Shown: positions 40,894 to 50,713, numbered from the stretch's first letter. The stretch: DNA of 64,000 nucleotides from a bacterium (GCA_965249485.1 OZ252239.1:2784001-2848000); one strand, 5' to 3'. Notes: a model not told the origin generated them from the sequence alone. Program-made: numbers and translations.

Positions 40894-41705
40894 TTTTTGT
40901 GTCTACTCAAGAGAACTTCCGCATAGATATCCGGTCGACGGTCTTCGAATAAAGTGTTGTATGGTGTTATCTTTTTATCCTCTGCATCTTTAGAATCTAT
41001 CGATACCGTTCGGAACACTTCTTCATTTTCTGACGCAGCAGCAAGTATTTCACCTCGAACGTTCGTGATTTGACTGTTACCAGTAAAAGTTAGCGGCTTT
41101 TTCCCGCCCCGATCTTCTGTCCCAATCCTGTTAGCAGTAACGGTAAAGATTTTATTTTCAATCGACCTTGTTTTCATTGCAGATTGGCAGTATGGCAGCA
41201 CCAGATTTGAAGGATGAACAACCACTTCCGCTCCGGATAAGGCAATTGACCGAATCAATTCGGGAAATATCCAATCGTAGCAGATCGCAATTCCTACATT
41301 CGACCCTTTAATATTAACTACTTTCGGCAGTTCGGTACCCTGCGAAAACCATACAGTTTCTTCAAAGAACAGGTGCAGTTTTCGATACCGTGTCACAACA
41401 CCTTCCGGTCCCACAATCACTGCAGAGTTATAATAATGCCCATTTTCCTCCTCTGCAATGCCAGCAGCAATGAATGCATTCTTTTCTAGTGCAATCTGCT
41501 GAAACCGTTGCACACTCTTTCCTTGAGGTATGTTCTCCGCAATATTTTCCACCTCTTCAAGCGAGGTGAATTGATACCCCGTCGTGCAGAGTTCCGGTAG
41601 GACAACAAGGTCAAATTGATGTGAACGCAATACTGTCTCAATTTTATCCAGATTATCCGACACAGAACCAAAAGACGGTTCAAACTGGTAAAAGCCTAGT
41701 AACAT
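40884..41705 (-). CDS. Nitrilase-related carbon-nitrogen hydrolase
   Basis: E-K-C triad in VLPELCTTGY, YRKLHLF and ICYDWIFPE. Confidence 0.92.
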   Translation of the reverse strand: MLLGFYQFEPSFGSVSDNLDKIETVLRSHQFDLVVLPELCTTGYQFTSLEEVENIAENIPQGKSVQRFQQIALEKNAFIAAGIAEEENGHYYNSAVIVGPEGVVTRYRKLHLFFEETVWFSQGTELPKVVNIKGSNVGIAICYDWIFPELIRSIALSGAEVVVHPSNLVLPYCQSAMKTRSIENKIFTVTANRIGTEDRGGKKPLTFTGNSQITNVRGEILAAASENEEVFRTVSIDSKDAEDKKITPYNTLFEDRRPDIYAEVLLSRHKKGD

Positions 41706-41744
41706 GTTTCGATAATTTAATTAGAGGCAGAAATGGTGCGGTGC

Positions 41745-42770
41745 TCAAATACGGTATTTGTCCAGCTCATCATCTGATAGAGGCGAGACGTGAAACATTT
41801 GTTGTAAACCTTTATTATCTTTTCCGGTCCACCACTTAATTTCAACACGTTGAGCATCTTTGACTTTACTATAGCGTGCTGCAATTCCCCCGGCAAACAT
41901 TTTATTCTCTTCGGTGCAATTTCCCAGCAGGTATACAAACGTACTGCTGGAACCATTAACCGTGAATACTGGCATCGATTTATCGCAGAGTGCTTTAAGC
42001 ATCTTATTTTCTTTTTCGGTTCTTCCTGATATTATTTTCGTACCGTCCTCAAGCCTGAAGTGGCGACCATATTTGAGCCGTGATACATCTTTCAAATCGC
42101 TTTCGTCATGTTTAAATGCATCTCGAAGTCTTTCGGAAAATGATTCATCCGCAAGCATACAACCGCCAGCTGGAGAAGGATAGTCCGAAATTCCAAACTG
42201 ATCAGCAAGTTCCATCTGTCTTTTTCTGCTTCTGCCCTGTATGCCTAATAATTTTTCTCTGTCGATTTTACCTTCTTGTTCTGCTATAGTCGGCTTCATA
42301 AGTTTTGCAGAGAGTGGGCGTAATAACTTGCCTTCGAGATCAGCCTCTTTTTCTATTACTCCCATTGCCCTATTATGTTGCGACATTGGCCGCTGACCGA
42401 GAACCTCACCAGTAAAAACAACATCAGCACCGATTTCATCCATGACCGTTTTTGCTTTTTTCAACATATAAATTCTACAGTCAATGCAGATATTCATGTT
42501 TTTACCATGACCGTTCGGCGGTTTTTGAACTAATGAGACATAATCCTGACCCGTATATTCACGACGGTAGTCAATTTTTAAATTTGCAGATTTACGAGTC
42601 GTCGTACATTTACTGTCACCGGTACAATTGCAAAAAGGTGTTTCTATATTCAGAGCTGTAACTTCATACTCCTGATCGGACATCAGGCGAACAGCGAGTG
42701 TGCTGTCCAGTCCACCAGAAAAAAGTCCAACAGCTCTTTTTTTCCCGTTCTTACTTGGTTTTTTTGTCAT
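41745..42770 (-). CDS. PP-loop tRNA sulfurtransferase-like protein (ThiI/MnmA-related, no THUMP domain)
   Basis: FSGGLDS, CIDCR, TGEVLGQRPMSQ, LLRPLSA, YPSPAGGCML and GRHFRL. Confidence 0.8.
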   Translation of the reverse strand: MTKKPSKNGKKRAVGLFSGGLDSTLAVRLMSDQEYEVTALNIETPFCNCTGDSKCTTTRKSANLKIDYRREYTGQDYVSLVQKPPNGHGKNMNICIDCRIYMLKKAKTVMDEIGADVVFTGEVLGQRPMSQHNRAMGVIEKEADLEGKLLRPLSAKLMKPTIAEQEGKIDREKLLGIQGRSRKRQMELADQFGISDYPSPAGGCMLADESFSERLRDAFKHDESDLKDVSRLKYGRHFRLEDGTKIISGRTEKENKMLKALCDKSMPVFTVNGSSSTFVYLLGNCTEENKMFAGGIAARYSKVKDAQRVEIKWWTGKDNKGLQQMFHVSPLSDDELDKYRI

Positions 42771-43008
42771 AATCTATATATATTTTATAGTAAAAGAGAT
42801 ATTTCTGAAGGGCATTGATGTAATGAGCAGGAAAAACGCATAACGGCAAATGCCCATTTGTAAATTCGTCAATTTTAACAATTTTTGCTAATAATAGCAA
42901 CTATTATTTATCTTGATTAGAAAAAGGAATTCATGTATTTTCAGACTATTACTAATCAATTTTCCAAACCTAATATATTGCAGTTACAATTAACACTAAA
43001 AATACGTT

Positions 43009-43290
43009 ATGGAAGAGTTCAATTCAAACGATCCGGTCGAATATCCAGTGACTGATGAGCTTGACCTGCACACATTTCATCCTTCTGATGTACACTCTGT
43101 CGTTGATGAATATATACGGGTTTGTCATGAAAAGGGTTTTACTAAAGTTCGCGTCATACATGGAAAAGGTAAAAGCGTACTAAAACATACCGTTCATAAA
43201 GCTCTGAAAAATAATCCACTTGTCGATCATTTTCACGATGCTCCACCCCATGCAGGCGGGTGGGGTGCAACGATTGTTATTCTCACATAG
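43009..43290 (+). CDS. Stand-alone Smr domain protein
   Basis: ELDLHTF, VRVIHGKGKSVLK and GGWGATIV. Confidence 0.9.
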   Translation: MEEFNSNDPVEYPVTDELDLHTFHPSDVHSVVDEYIRVCHEKGFTKVRVIHGKGKSVLKHTVHKALKNNPLVDHFHDAPPHAGGWGATIVILT

Positions 43291-43328
43291 AACCATACAT
43301 ACTATATCAATATCAATAATTTTGCATC

Positions 43329-43399
43329 TACTCATGCATTGCCATAAAAAAACCCCGGCATAACGTTTGCCGGGGTTTTTTTATGGCAATGCATGAGTA
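43329..43399. terminator. Bidirectional terminator within a perfect 32-bp inverted repeat
   Basis: TACTCATGCATTGCCATAAAAAAACCCCGGCA-TAACGTT-TGCCGGGGTTTTTTTATGGCAATGCATGAGTA between convergent genes. Confidence 0.85.
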
Positions 43400-43400
43400 A

Positions 43401-44498
43401 CTATTTTCGAATAACTTTTCTCGTTCCTCCGGAAGAACTTCCTGACGGACGTGCACTTCCTCTCGAAGAACTGCCTGAGCGGGATGCTGTACCAGATCGA
43501 ACCTGAGAGTTCCCTCGCTGAGGCGATCTTACTACAGTTTTTGCTGATTTATTACCACTCTTTGAAGAACGTTTCTGTCCTGACTTCAGTGAAGCGGAAC
43601 CTGATGAAGCTTTCCGCTTAGATGATCGGTTATATGAAGTACCCTGACTACTTTTCTTCTTGGTGGTCGTCCTTTTTGTCACAGTCCTTTTGCCAGAGGA
43701 GGAGGATGAAGAACTCCCAGATGAGGATGACTTTTTAGTTGACGTTCTGGTTACTGTCCGGCTTCCTGTTGATTTTGAGGAACCGGATGAGGAGGTGTTT
43801 CCACGGTTTACTGTTTTACTTGAACCGTTTGCATTGGTTCTACTTTTTGTTGTCGAACGGGTAACGGTACGTTTTTTCGAGGCACTGGATTGCCCATCCT
43901 GTGAACTTGACCCTTCCTTAGCAACGACAGTCGAACCGGATTGTCTCACTGCCGGAGCAGAATCCGATCCACGGGTTACCACTCTCCTGCCTGTATACGT
44001 TCCTCTTTTGGCAAAATCGCGTTTTGTTTGAATCACAGCGTTCGTAGCATAAACCGGATAATAACCGCCTACATAGTAAGGATAACCCAAAAATCCTGAA
44101 TAGCCATTATATTGCCTCCCATAAAATCCAAATGGCTGATAGAAGGGGTGCTGATAGTAATTATATGGGCTGTAATTGAATCCGAAATAAAAATCAAATC
44201 TATTAGGATAGTAGTATGCGTTAAGATCCCAATATGGGTCTCCAAAGGCATGCGGAGTGTAATGACCTAAATTCCTCCAATACAAAGGGTGATGATAAGA
44301 GCGGTAATCGTAATTATTATACTGGTAATCATACTCACCTTCATATTCATCCTCATCTTCGTAATACTCTTCATTTTCATAATCGGATGAGTATTCTTCA
44401 TCAACCGGTGGCAATACTACTGTATAACAGCCGCTTGCAAATATCGCGTATGCCATTACAAAAGTGAGTAAAAGATATCCTGTCTTAGATGATTTCAT
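43401..44498 (-). CDS. Low-complexity lipoprotein (Tyr-rich core, Ser/Arg/Lys-rich tail)
   Basis: Lipobox FASGC; acidic Tyr block; Y/G/P-rich block; long basic SRKT-rich tail. GAAGGGAG RBS before ATG 44498. Confidence 0.75.
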   Translation of the reverse strand: MKSSKTGYLLLTFVMAYAIFASGCYTVVLPPVDEEYSSDYENEEYYEDEDEYEGEYDYQYNNYDYRSYHHPLYWRNLGHYTPHAFGDPYWDLNAYYYPNRFDFYFGFNYSPYNYYQHPFYQPFGFYGRQYNGYSGFLGYPYYVGGYYPVYATNAVIQTKRDFAKRGTYTGRRVVTRGSDSAPAVRQSGSTVVAKEGSSSQDGQSSASKKRTVTRSTTKSRTNANGSSKTVNRGNTSSSGSSKSTGSRTVTRTSTKKSSSSGSSSSSSSGKRTVTKRTTTKKKSSQGTSYNRSSKRKASSGSASLKSGQKRSSKSGNKSAKTVVRSPQRGNSQVRSGTASRSGSSSRGSARPSGSSSGGTRKVIRK

Positions 44499-44594
44499 TT
44501 TGCTCCCTTCCGAGGAAATGAAACCTACCTCTATTATTTTTAACAAAAATTAACAACAAAAAGATTCACTGATTACAACTTTTTTCGAAATAAA

Positions 44595-44810
44595 TCACAA
44601 TAACTTTTCACTTATCTTATCTCCAAGAGAAGGACTTATAAAAATAATCCCAAGCACAAGGCAAATGAATCCGGGAATAATCGGTACCAAAAGGCCAAGC
44701 AATCCAATAAGCACAAGAGGCAATCCTAGCCATTTTCTTAACTTTCTGAATTCCATTATCTGGGTAACTAACGGCAATTTATCTTCTCTTTTACTGTTTG
44801 AATTATCCAT
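44595..44810 (-). CDS. Small two-TM membrane protein (PGPGW/DUF454-like)
   Basis: LGLPLVLIGLLGLLVPIIPGFICLVLGIIFIS. Confidence 0.6.
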   Translation of the reverse strand: MDNSNSKREDKLPLVTQIMEFRKLRKWLGLPLVLIGLLGLLVPIIPGFICLVLGIIFISPSLGDKISEKLL

Positions 44811-44930
44811 CTTCCACTCGCAAAGGCAATTTCAGTTTTTTAATAATGCCATCTATTATAAATACAGTATACTCATTAAAATATTCCATTATAAATAACT
44901 AATTTAGTTGGAAAATAGTAATCATATGTT

Positions 44931-45782
44931 CTATTCAACCGTACTATCAGGAGACTGTTGAATTGTCCTGTTGAGAAGCTGCAAATCCTCTATACCTGAT
45001 CTACTCAATACCAACCGCCCAATCATGGTAGCTTCAGAACCGAGATTTTCAATTTGTTCATTATTAAAATAAAGATCAAATCCTGTCGACTTTCCTACTC
45101 TTAGGCTAATCGTACTAAAACCACTCCACATCTGTGTTTCACCGGGATTCAATAAATATTCACGCTGTTCGTTAGCATCTACAGTGACAGAGAGCCACAA
45201 CTGTTCATGTGTCACCAGTCTAAGTGTTAAAGGTGATACAAGTGCCTGCTGCTGTTCCTCATTTATTTTAATGTTCTCAGATTGTAATAGCGGTTGTGAC
45301 TGCGGCGATTCAACCTGTACAACAGCTTGTTCCTCATACGGTGTAAACAATTTTTGCATAAGAAGTACAACAATCAGCAGAGCAGCAATCATCCCTATAA
45401 CTGGAATGGTTTTCACCGATCTGCTTTTTGTGAGAGAAATGCGGTTCTTTGAATCGTTTTGAGAATTGAAAGAAGCAGTATCTGACAATTCTCTTACCTG
45501 TGCAGTTTCATGCGCACTAACATAAACCGCACCAAGCGATGCTTTTTCTTGATTGAAATATTTCTCTTTAATCTCCTCCGCATTCAAACTTATAGCTTGT
45601 GCATATGTTTTAAGGAAAGCCAATACATAAGGACCTTGCAGAAAGTCAAACTCATCGCCTTCAATGTGTTGTAGATAGCTTACATTTATTTTTGTAGTTG
45701 CTGAAATTGATTCCAAACTTAAATTTTGTTCTTCGCGAGTCCGTCGCAATATCGTACCTAAACTAACAATATTCTTATCCAT
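44931..45782 (-). CDS. rodZ: RodZ-like cytoskeleton protein (HTH-TM-DUF4115)
   Basis: LGTILRRTREEQNLSLESISATTKI...IEGDEF...FLKTYA; one TM; WLSVTVD...LNPGET. Confidence 0.85.
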   Translation of the reverse strand: MDKNIVSLGTILRRTREEQNLSLESISATTKINVSYLQHIEGDEFDFLQGPYVLAFLKTYAQAISLNAEEIKEKYFNQEKASLGAVYVSAHETAQVRELSDTASFNSQNDSKNRISLTKSRSVKTIPVIGMIAALLIVVLLMQKLFTPYEEQAVVQVESPQSQPLLQSENIKINEEQQQALVSPLTLRLVTHEQLWLSVTVDANEQREYLLNPGETQMWSGFSTISLRVGKSTGFDLYFNNEQIENLGSEATMIGRLVLSRSGIEDLQLLNRTIQQSPDSTVE

Positions 45783-46386
45783 TGATCTCAATTTCCAGCG
45801 TTTTTTTGAATTCTTTCATGAGTCTGTAAAATGTATTTACAGGGAATCCAACTACATTAAAATAACATCCGTTAATCCCAATTATGAATTGAGATGCGAT
45901 TCCCTGAATTGCATATCCCCCCGCTTTATCACGATATTCCCGTGTATCGACATACCAGTTCACCTCTTCTTCAGTCATAACCGAAAATGACACCTCTGAG
46001 ACGGCAACCGCAGATTTTTTTAATCCCGATGTGCTATCTGTTAAACATATCCCAGTATATACATGATGTTTTGCCCCTTGAAGGATAGTTATCATCCGGA
46101 CTGCATCATCACGATCTTTTGGCTTTTCCATTATTTCCTTTTTACAGTAAACAATAGTATCAGCAGTTATTATTAAACCATGAGTATAATGAGAAGCTGG
46201 CTCAATGGCTTTCTGCTCCGCAAGGTTTACGACATATTCCCATGGAGGAAGATCGGGGAATTTCTGTACAGACACATTTCCCAGATACACCTCGAACGGA
46301 ATAGAAAGATTTGTAAGAATTTCCTGTCGACGAGGTGATTGTGATGCTAATATTATAGGCTGAAAAAAGGATAGTAAATGCTTCAT
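45775..46386 (-). CDS. maf: Maf-family nucleoside triphosphate pyrophosphatase
   Basis: ILASQSPRRQEIL, ADTIV, KPKD, DKAGGYAIQG and NVVGFP. Confidence 0.95.
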   Translation of the reverse strand: MKHLLSFFQPIILASQSPRRQEILTNLSIPFEVYLGNVSVQKFPDLPPWEYVVNLAEQKAIEPASHYTHGLIITADTIVYCKKEIMEKPKDRDDAVRMITILQGAKHHVYTGICLTDSTSGLKKSAVAVSEVSFSVMTEEEVNWYVDTREYRDKAGGYAIQGIASQFIIGINGCYFNVVGFPVNTFYRLMKEFKKTLEIEING

Positions 46387-46700
46387 GTCTTACGTAATGT
46401 AGCAAATCAGCATGAATCTGACAATTGCATCAAATAAATGTTATAATAAATTTGTCGTCTATTATATTTGTGAAAATAACCGGGATAATAATTGAATAAA
46501 TATAGACAAGATTCGATCAAAAATCAACTATTTGAATTTTTCCAAAGAACTATTTATGCAAAAGAAATGTTTTTACTTGGGTAATGGAACATTTTTAGTA
46601 TATTTAAGTTTGATGATAAGGAAACTTTTCAAAACGTACTCCTCAACACATCATTATGTCGTATTGACATGAGTGTTAGTAGGATGAAAGGAAATTTTAC

Positions 46701-48293
46701 ATGAATACCCGCCGTTATATTGCAGCAGGACTTGGTATAACTCTCTTATTTTCTGCATTGTTTTTTGGTTTTAAAGTGATTAATGCTTTTGACAAACGTG
46801 CGGAATTGTTTCTTAAAACAAAAATATTCACGGAAGCATTAGTACATATAACCGACGAGTATGTCGATGATATTGATTCCGATGTACTCGTCGATAAAGC
46901 AATAAATGCAATGATCGAGGAACTCGATCCTCATAGTAATTATGTGCCGGCAAATGCTTATGGACGGATGACCGATCAATTTTTAGGCTATCAGGGAATT
47001 GGTATCACTTTCAGAATGTTAGACGACAAAATAACAGTTATTAGCGTTCTTCGGGATGGCCCCTCTGAACGTGCCGGATTAAAGCTTGGTGACAGAATTA
47101 TTAAAATTGAAGGACAGGACGCTCTGGGTATCGATCAGAACATTGTTCCGACAATGTTGAAAGGCCCGACCGGCACCAAAGTCTCGGTAACAATTGAACG
47201 ATACGGTGACGAAGAGCCATTTGATGTTACAATTACGAGAGGGCAAGCGTTTTTAGAATCGCTTAAATACTATTTTATGATGGATGATGAGACTGGTTAT
47301 ATCAAGCTTAAAAGATTTGCCCGAACATCAGACACTGAGCTTGAGCGAGTACTGCGCCGTCTGGAAGGTCAGGGAATGAAACGACTTGTGTTTGATTTGC
47401 GTCAAAACACAGGGGGATTGCTACCGCAGGCTGTTGATATTTCTGACCGTTTTTTAAAAGGAAATAAACTCATTGTAAAAACAAAAGGAAGGCACCCAAC
47501 CTCAAACTCTGAGTATAGCTCAACAGATAGCAGGTTTGATGTAGATATACCGATGCTCATACTCATTGATGGGTCTTCGGCAAGTGCCTCGGAAATTGTA
47601 TCTGGAGCACTTCAGGATTGGGATCGAGCTATCATAGTAGGTAAATCCTCTTTTGGTAAAGGGTTGGTTCAGTCCCAGATCCAGTTTGACGACGAATCTG
47701 CATTGCTGCTGACAATCGGCAGGTGGTATACTCCTTTAGGACGATTGATTCAAAAAGACTATGAAAACAAATCTCGTCAGCAATATAGAAGTGACTCGCT
47801 TAATGATTCTTTAAATACTGTACAGAAGAACAATGCTGAACGTCCTGTTTTTGTTTCCCCACAGGGAAGGAAAGTGTACGGAGGAGGAGGAATAACACCT
47901 GATTACGAATTAGAATCAGAACTGTCGGCAACTGAATTTGTTTCGGGCTTCTACTCAAAAGTAAATAACGATCCAATATTTAATTTTTCACAGAAATATG
48001 CATTCAATCATAAAGAAACTTGGAATAATGTTGATGAATTTGTTCAAGGTTTTTCCATTCAGACTGACGATTTGGAGACATTCAAATCGATGCTCGAAGA
48101 AGGAGAATTTGAATTTACGGATGAGGACTTTACTGAAGAAGTCATAAGCGAGCTCGAATTACGGTTCAGAAGACAAATCGGGGAATTCCTGTGGGGTAAC
48201 GAAGGGTGGATAAAATCATCCTCGATAATAGATGATGTGCTATGGAAATCTTTAGACTACTTCCCGGAAGCAGAAAAGCTTATTAATTATTAA
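46701..48293 (+). CDS. S41 carboxyl-terminal processing protease (CtpA/Prc-like)
   Basis: LDPHSNY, PDZ GIGI, DLRQNTGG, SASASEIVSGALQD, FGKGLVQ and GGGITPD. Confidence 0.93.
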   Translation: MNTRRYIAAGLGITLLFSALFFGFKVINAFDKRAELFLKTKIFTEALVHITDEYVDDIDSDVLVDKAINAMIEELDPHSNYVPANAYGRMTDQFLGYQGIGITFRMLDDKITVISVLRDGPSERAGLKLGDRIIKIEGQDALGIDQNIVPTMLKGPTGTKVSVTIERYGDEEPFDVTITRGQAFLESLKYYFMMDDETGYIKLKRFARTSDTELERVLRRLEGQGMKRLVFDLRQNTGGLLPQAVDISDRFLKGNKLIVKTKGRHPTSNSEYSSTDSRFDVDIPMLILIDGSSASASEIVSGALQDWDRAIIVGKSSFGKGLVQSQIQFDDESALLLTIGRWYTPLGRLIQKDYENKSRQQYRSDSLNDSLNTVQKNNAERPVFVSPQGRKVYGGGGITPDYELESELSATEFVSGFYSKVNNDPIFNFSQKYAFNHKETWNNVDEFVQGFSIQTDDLETFKSMLEEGEFEFTDEDFTEEVISELELRFRRQIGEFLWGNEGWIKSSSIIDDVLWKSLDYFPEAEKLINY

Positions 48294-48328
48294 CAATTTC
48301 TCTTAATCATTTTGTTGTAGCTTCTTTT

Positions 48329-48357
48329 AAAGGGAAGGGCGCCTGCTCTTCCCTTTT
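48329..48357. terminator. Terminator hairpin between convergent genes
   Basis: AAAGGGAAGGGC-GCCT-GCTCTTCCCTTTT. Confidence 0.65.
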
Positions 48358-48358
48358 C

Positions 48359-49444
48359 TTATACATTAAACCTGAAATGAATGATATCACCATCTTGAAC
48401 AATATAATCTTTTCCTTCCAATCTCAAGCATCCATTTTCTTTAGATTTAACAAAACCGCCATAGCGCATAAAATCGTCAAAAGTGACAACTTCTCCACGA
48501 ATGAATCCCCGATCCATATCGGTATGAATGGTGCCACCTGCCTTATTGGCCGCAGCACCGTGTTCCACAATCCAACTTTGCGCAATTTTTTCAGATGCTG
48601 TCAGAAACCTGATTAACTGCATAGTCTTCATCAAAAGTTTGGTTAACAATACTTGAGCTGGTAGCTCAATCTTGAGTTCATTCCGAAATTCATCCCGCTC
48701 ACTTTCTGCCAAATCTAGAAGCTCTGCTTCTGTTAGGCCGCTGATCACCTCAAATGTTCCTTTCTGAGCCGGATAACTGTTTTCAAAACGCTGAATCCAC
48801 GTTAAACGATTATTGATTTCTGACTCATCCGTATTTATAATCGTGATGCGCGGCTTTATTGTCAGAAATTGAAATCCACGAAGCATTTTTTCACCACTCT
48901 TATCTAAATCAAGAGCTGTAAGTGGCTTTTCTTCTTCAAGAAACTCTTTGCACCTTTCAAGCAGTTCAGGTTCAGCCGGCTGATAGAAATCCTTAATTTT
49001 GTTTTTCATTTTTTCAATACGCTCAAGCCGGTTTTCTATAATGGTAAGGTCCAGCAGAATCATTTCTGCGTCGAGTGTATTTTTTTCCCGTACAGGATCG
49101 GGACAGTCTCCCTCAAATGGTACAGTAGGATTAGAAAACTGCCGCACAACCTGGATGAGAGCATCACAATATTTGATTTTTTCAATAATTTGTGTAATAT
49201 CTGATTTAACTGATTGTTTCCCGGTCTGCAACGGCGGCAAGTCCGATATCATCATTGAAGGGTTGACAAGCTTTTTTGTGTTGAGGACAGATTGAATTGC
49301 AGTAAGACGTTCGTCAGGTACTTCCAGCACGCCTTGTCTATCTTCTATACCATCCTGGTATCCCGACGTACTATGGTGACCAGTTAATACATCAAAAAAA
49401 GTTGATTTCCCTGAATTCTTGAGACCGACAAGACCTATCTGCAT
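48359..49444 (-). CDS. ychF: Divergent YchF/OLA1-family ATPase (DUF933/TGS C-terminus)
   Basis: IGLVGLKNSGKST, VPDERL, FLTIKP, IHTDMDRGFIR and RLEGKDYIVQDGDIIHFRFNV. Confidence 0.8.
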   Translation of the reverse strand: MQIGLVGLKNSGKSTFFDVLTGHHSTSGYQDGIEDRQGVLEVPDERLTAIQSVLNTKKLVNPSMMISDLPPLQTGKQSVKSDITQIIEKIKYCDALIQVVRQFSNPTVPFEGDCPDPVREKNTLDAEMILLDLTIIENRLERIEKMKNKIKDFYQPAEPELLERCKEFLEEEKPLTALDLDKSGEKMLRGFQFLTIKPRITIINTDESEINNRLTWIQRFENSYPAQKGTFEVISGLTEAELLDLAESERDEFRNELKIELPAQVLLTKLLMKTMQLIRFLTASEKIAQSWIVEHGAAANKAGGTIHTDMDRGFIRGEVVTFDDFMRYGGFVKSKENGCLRLEGKDYIVQDGDIIHFRFNV

Positions 49445-49692
49445 ATCTGCAATTTCTCCAATAATTTTTTGCTATCAATTGTATATTTAAAGGCTTTCCG
49501 GTCGTTAATATACAGGACCGGTATCTCTTCTTTGAATCTGTCAAACAAATCAGGATTCTTTGTTATATCTATTTCTGCGTAGTGAAAAACTGTATTCTGT
49601 GATGCAACTTTGAGTACATCTTTTGCTTTTTCACAAAGTGAACAGTCCTCTTTTGTATAAAGCGTAACATAAGGGATAGTAGTATGTGCCAT
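49435..49692 (-). CDS. Glutaredoxin-like protein (DUF836 family)
   Basis: VTLYTKEDCSLCEKA...IDI...EIPVL; start at 49692 (ATG) or 49707 (TTG). Confidence 0.85.
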   Translation of the reverse strand: MAHTTIPYVTLYTKEDCSLCEKAKDVLKVASQNTVFHYAEIDITKNPDLFDRFKEEIPVLYINDRKAFKYTIDSKKLLEKLQICR

Positions 49693-49708
49693 GTGACTGC
49701 TTAACAAA

Positions 49709-50713
49709 TTAAGATTCGGTAATTTTTAACGAAGGATCTGCAGCAAAATTATATGATTCCGATCCCATTCCTTGTAATTTTCTATAACCAACATAGGCAA
49801 TCATTGCGGCATTATCTGTACAAAACTGTTGAGAAGGGATGGAAATCATTATGCCGAGAGTGTCGGCTGCAGAGGTAATCGACGCTTTTAATGCACTATT
49901 TGCCGCCACGCCACCTCCTATAACAACTGCAGGAATATTATACTCCCGAGAAGCACGAATTGTTTTTTCAATCAATGTCTCAACTGCAGCTTTTTGAAAG
50001 CTTGCAGCTATATCAGCTGCGTGATCTATTCGTTCCTGATCAGAAAGTTTATTCAAATAATAGAGCACCGCCGTTTTCAATCCACTATAACTAAAATTAT
50101 ATGAATTATCTTTTAATGCAGGACGCGGGAATTTATAGTAATCGGGATTTCCTGATTTACTCAATCTGTCTATTGCCGGACCACCTGGATATTCCAAGCC
50201 AAGCATCTTGGCAATTTTGTCAAATGCTTCACCAACAGCGTCATCATATGTCTGCCCTAACAATTTGTATTTTCCAAAATCATTCACAAACCATAACTGG
50301 GTATGACCGCCCGAAACAATAAGGCCGATAAACGGAAGTGTTATTTCCGAAGATTCAAAAACATAAGACCATAAATGTGCTTCAATATGGTTAACACCAA
50401 CAATTGGAAGACTTCGAGAAAATGCAGCAGCTTTCGCATAAGAAACACCAACTAACAGCGATCCAATAAGACCAGGTCCACGGGTAACTGCAATTCCTTC
50501 AACATCACTCCAGGAACATCCTCCTTTGGAAAACACTTTATTGACAACAGTGGTGATTTTCAAAAGATGCTCACGTGAAGCAAGTTCAGGGATCACACCC
50601 CAGAATTCCTCATGAACCATCTGCGTTACGGTTACGTTCCCCAGAAGTTTCTTTCCATCAAATAGGGCCGCGGAGGTCTCATCACACGACGTTTCAATAC
50701 CGAGTATAAGCAT
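49709..50713 (-). CDS. tsaD: tRNA N6-adenosine threonylcarbamoyltransferase
   Basis: LGIETSCDET, PELASREH, VNHIEAH, VSGGHT, DDAVGEAFDK and CTDNAAMI. Confidence 0.97.
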   Translation of the reverse strand: MLILGIETSCDETSAALFDGKKLLGNVTVTQMVHEEFWGVIPELASREHLLKITTVVNKVFSKGGCSWSDVEGIAVTRGPGLIGSLLVGVSYAKAAAFSRSLPIVGVNHIEAHLWSYVFESSEITLPFIGLIVSGGHTQLWFVNDFGKYKLLGQTYDDAVGEAFDKIAKMLGLEYPGGPAIDRLSKSGNPDYYKFPRPALKDNSYNFSYSGLKTAVLYYLNKLSDQERIDHAADIAASFQKAAVETLIEKTIRASREYNIPAVVIGGGVAANSALKASITSAADTLGIMISIPSQQFCTDNAAMIAYVGYRKLQGMGSESYNFAADPSLKITES

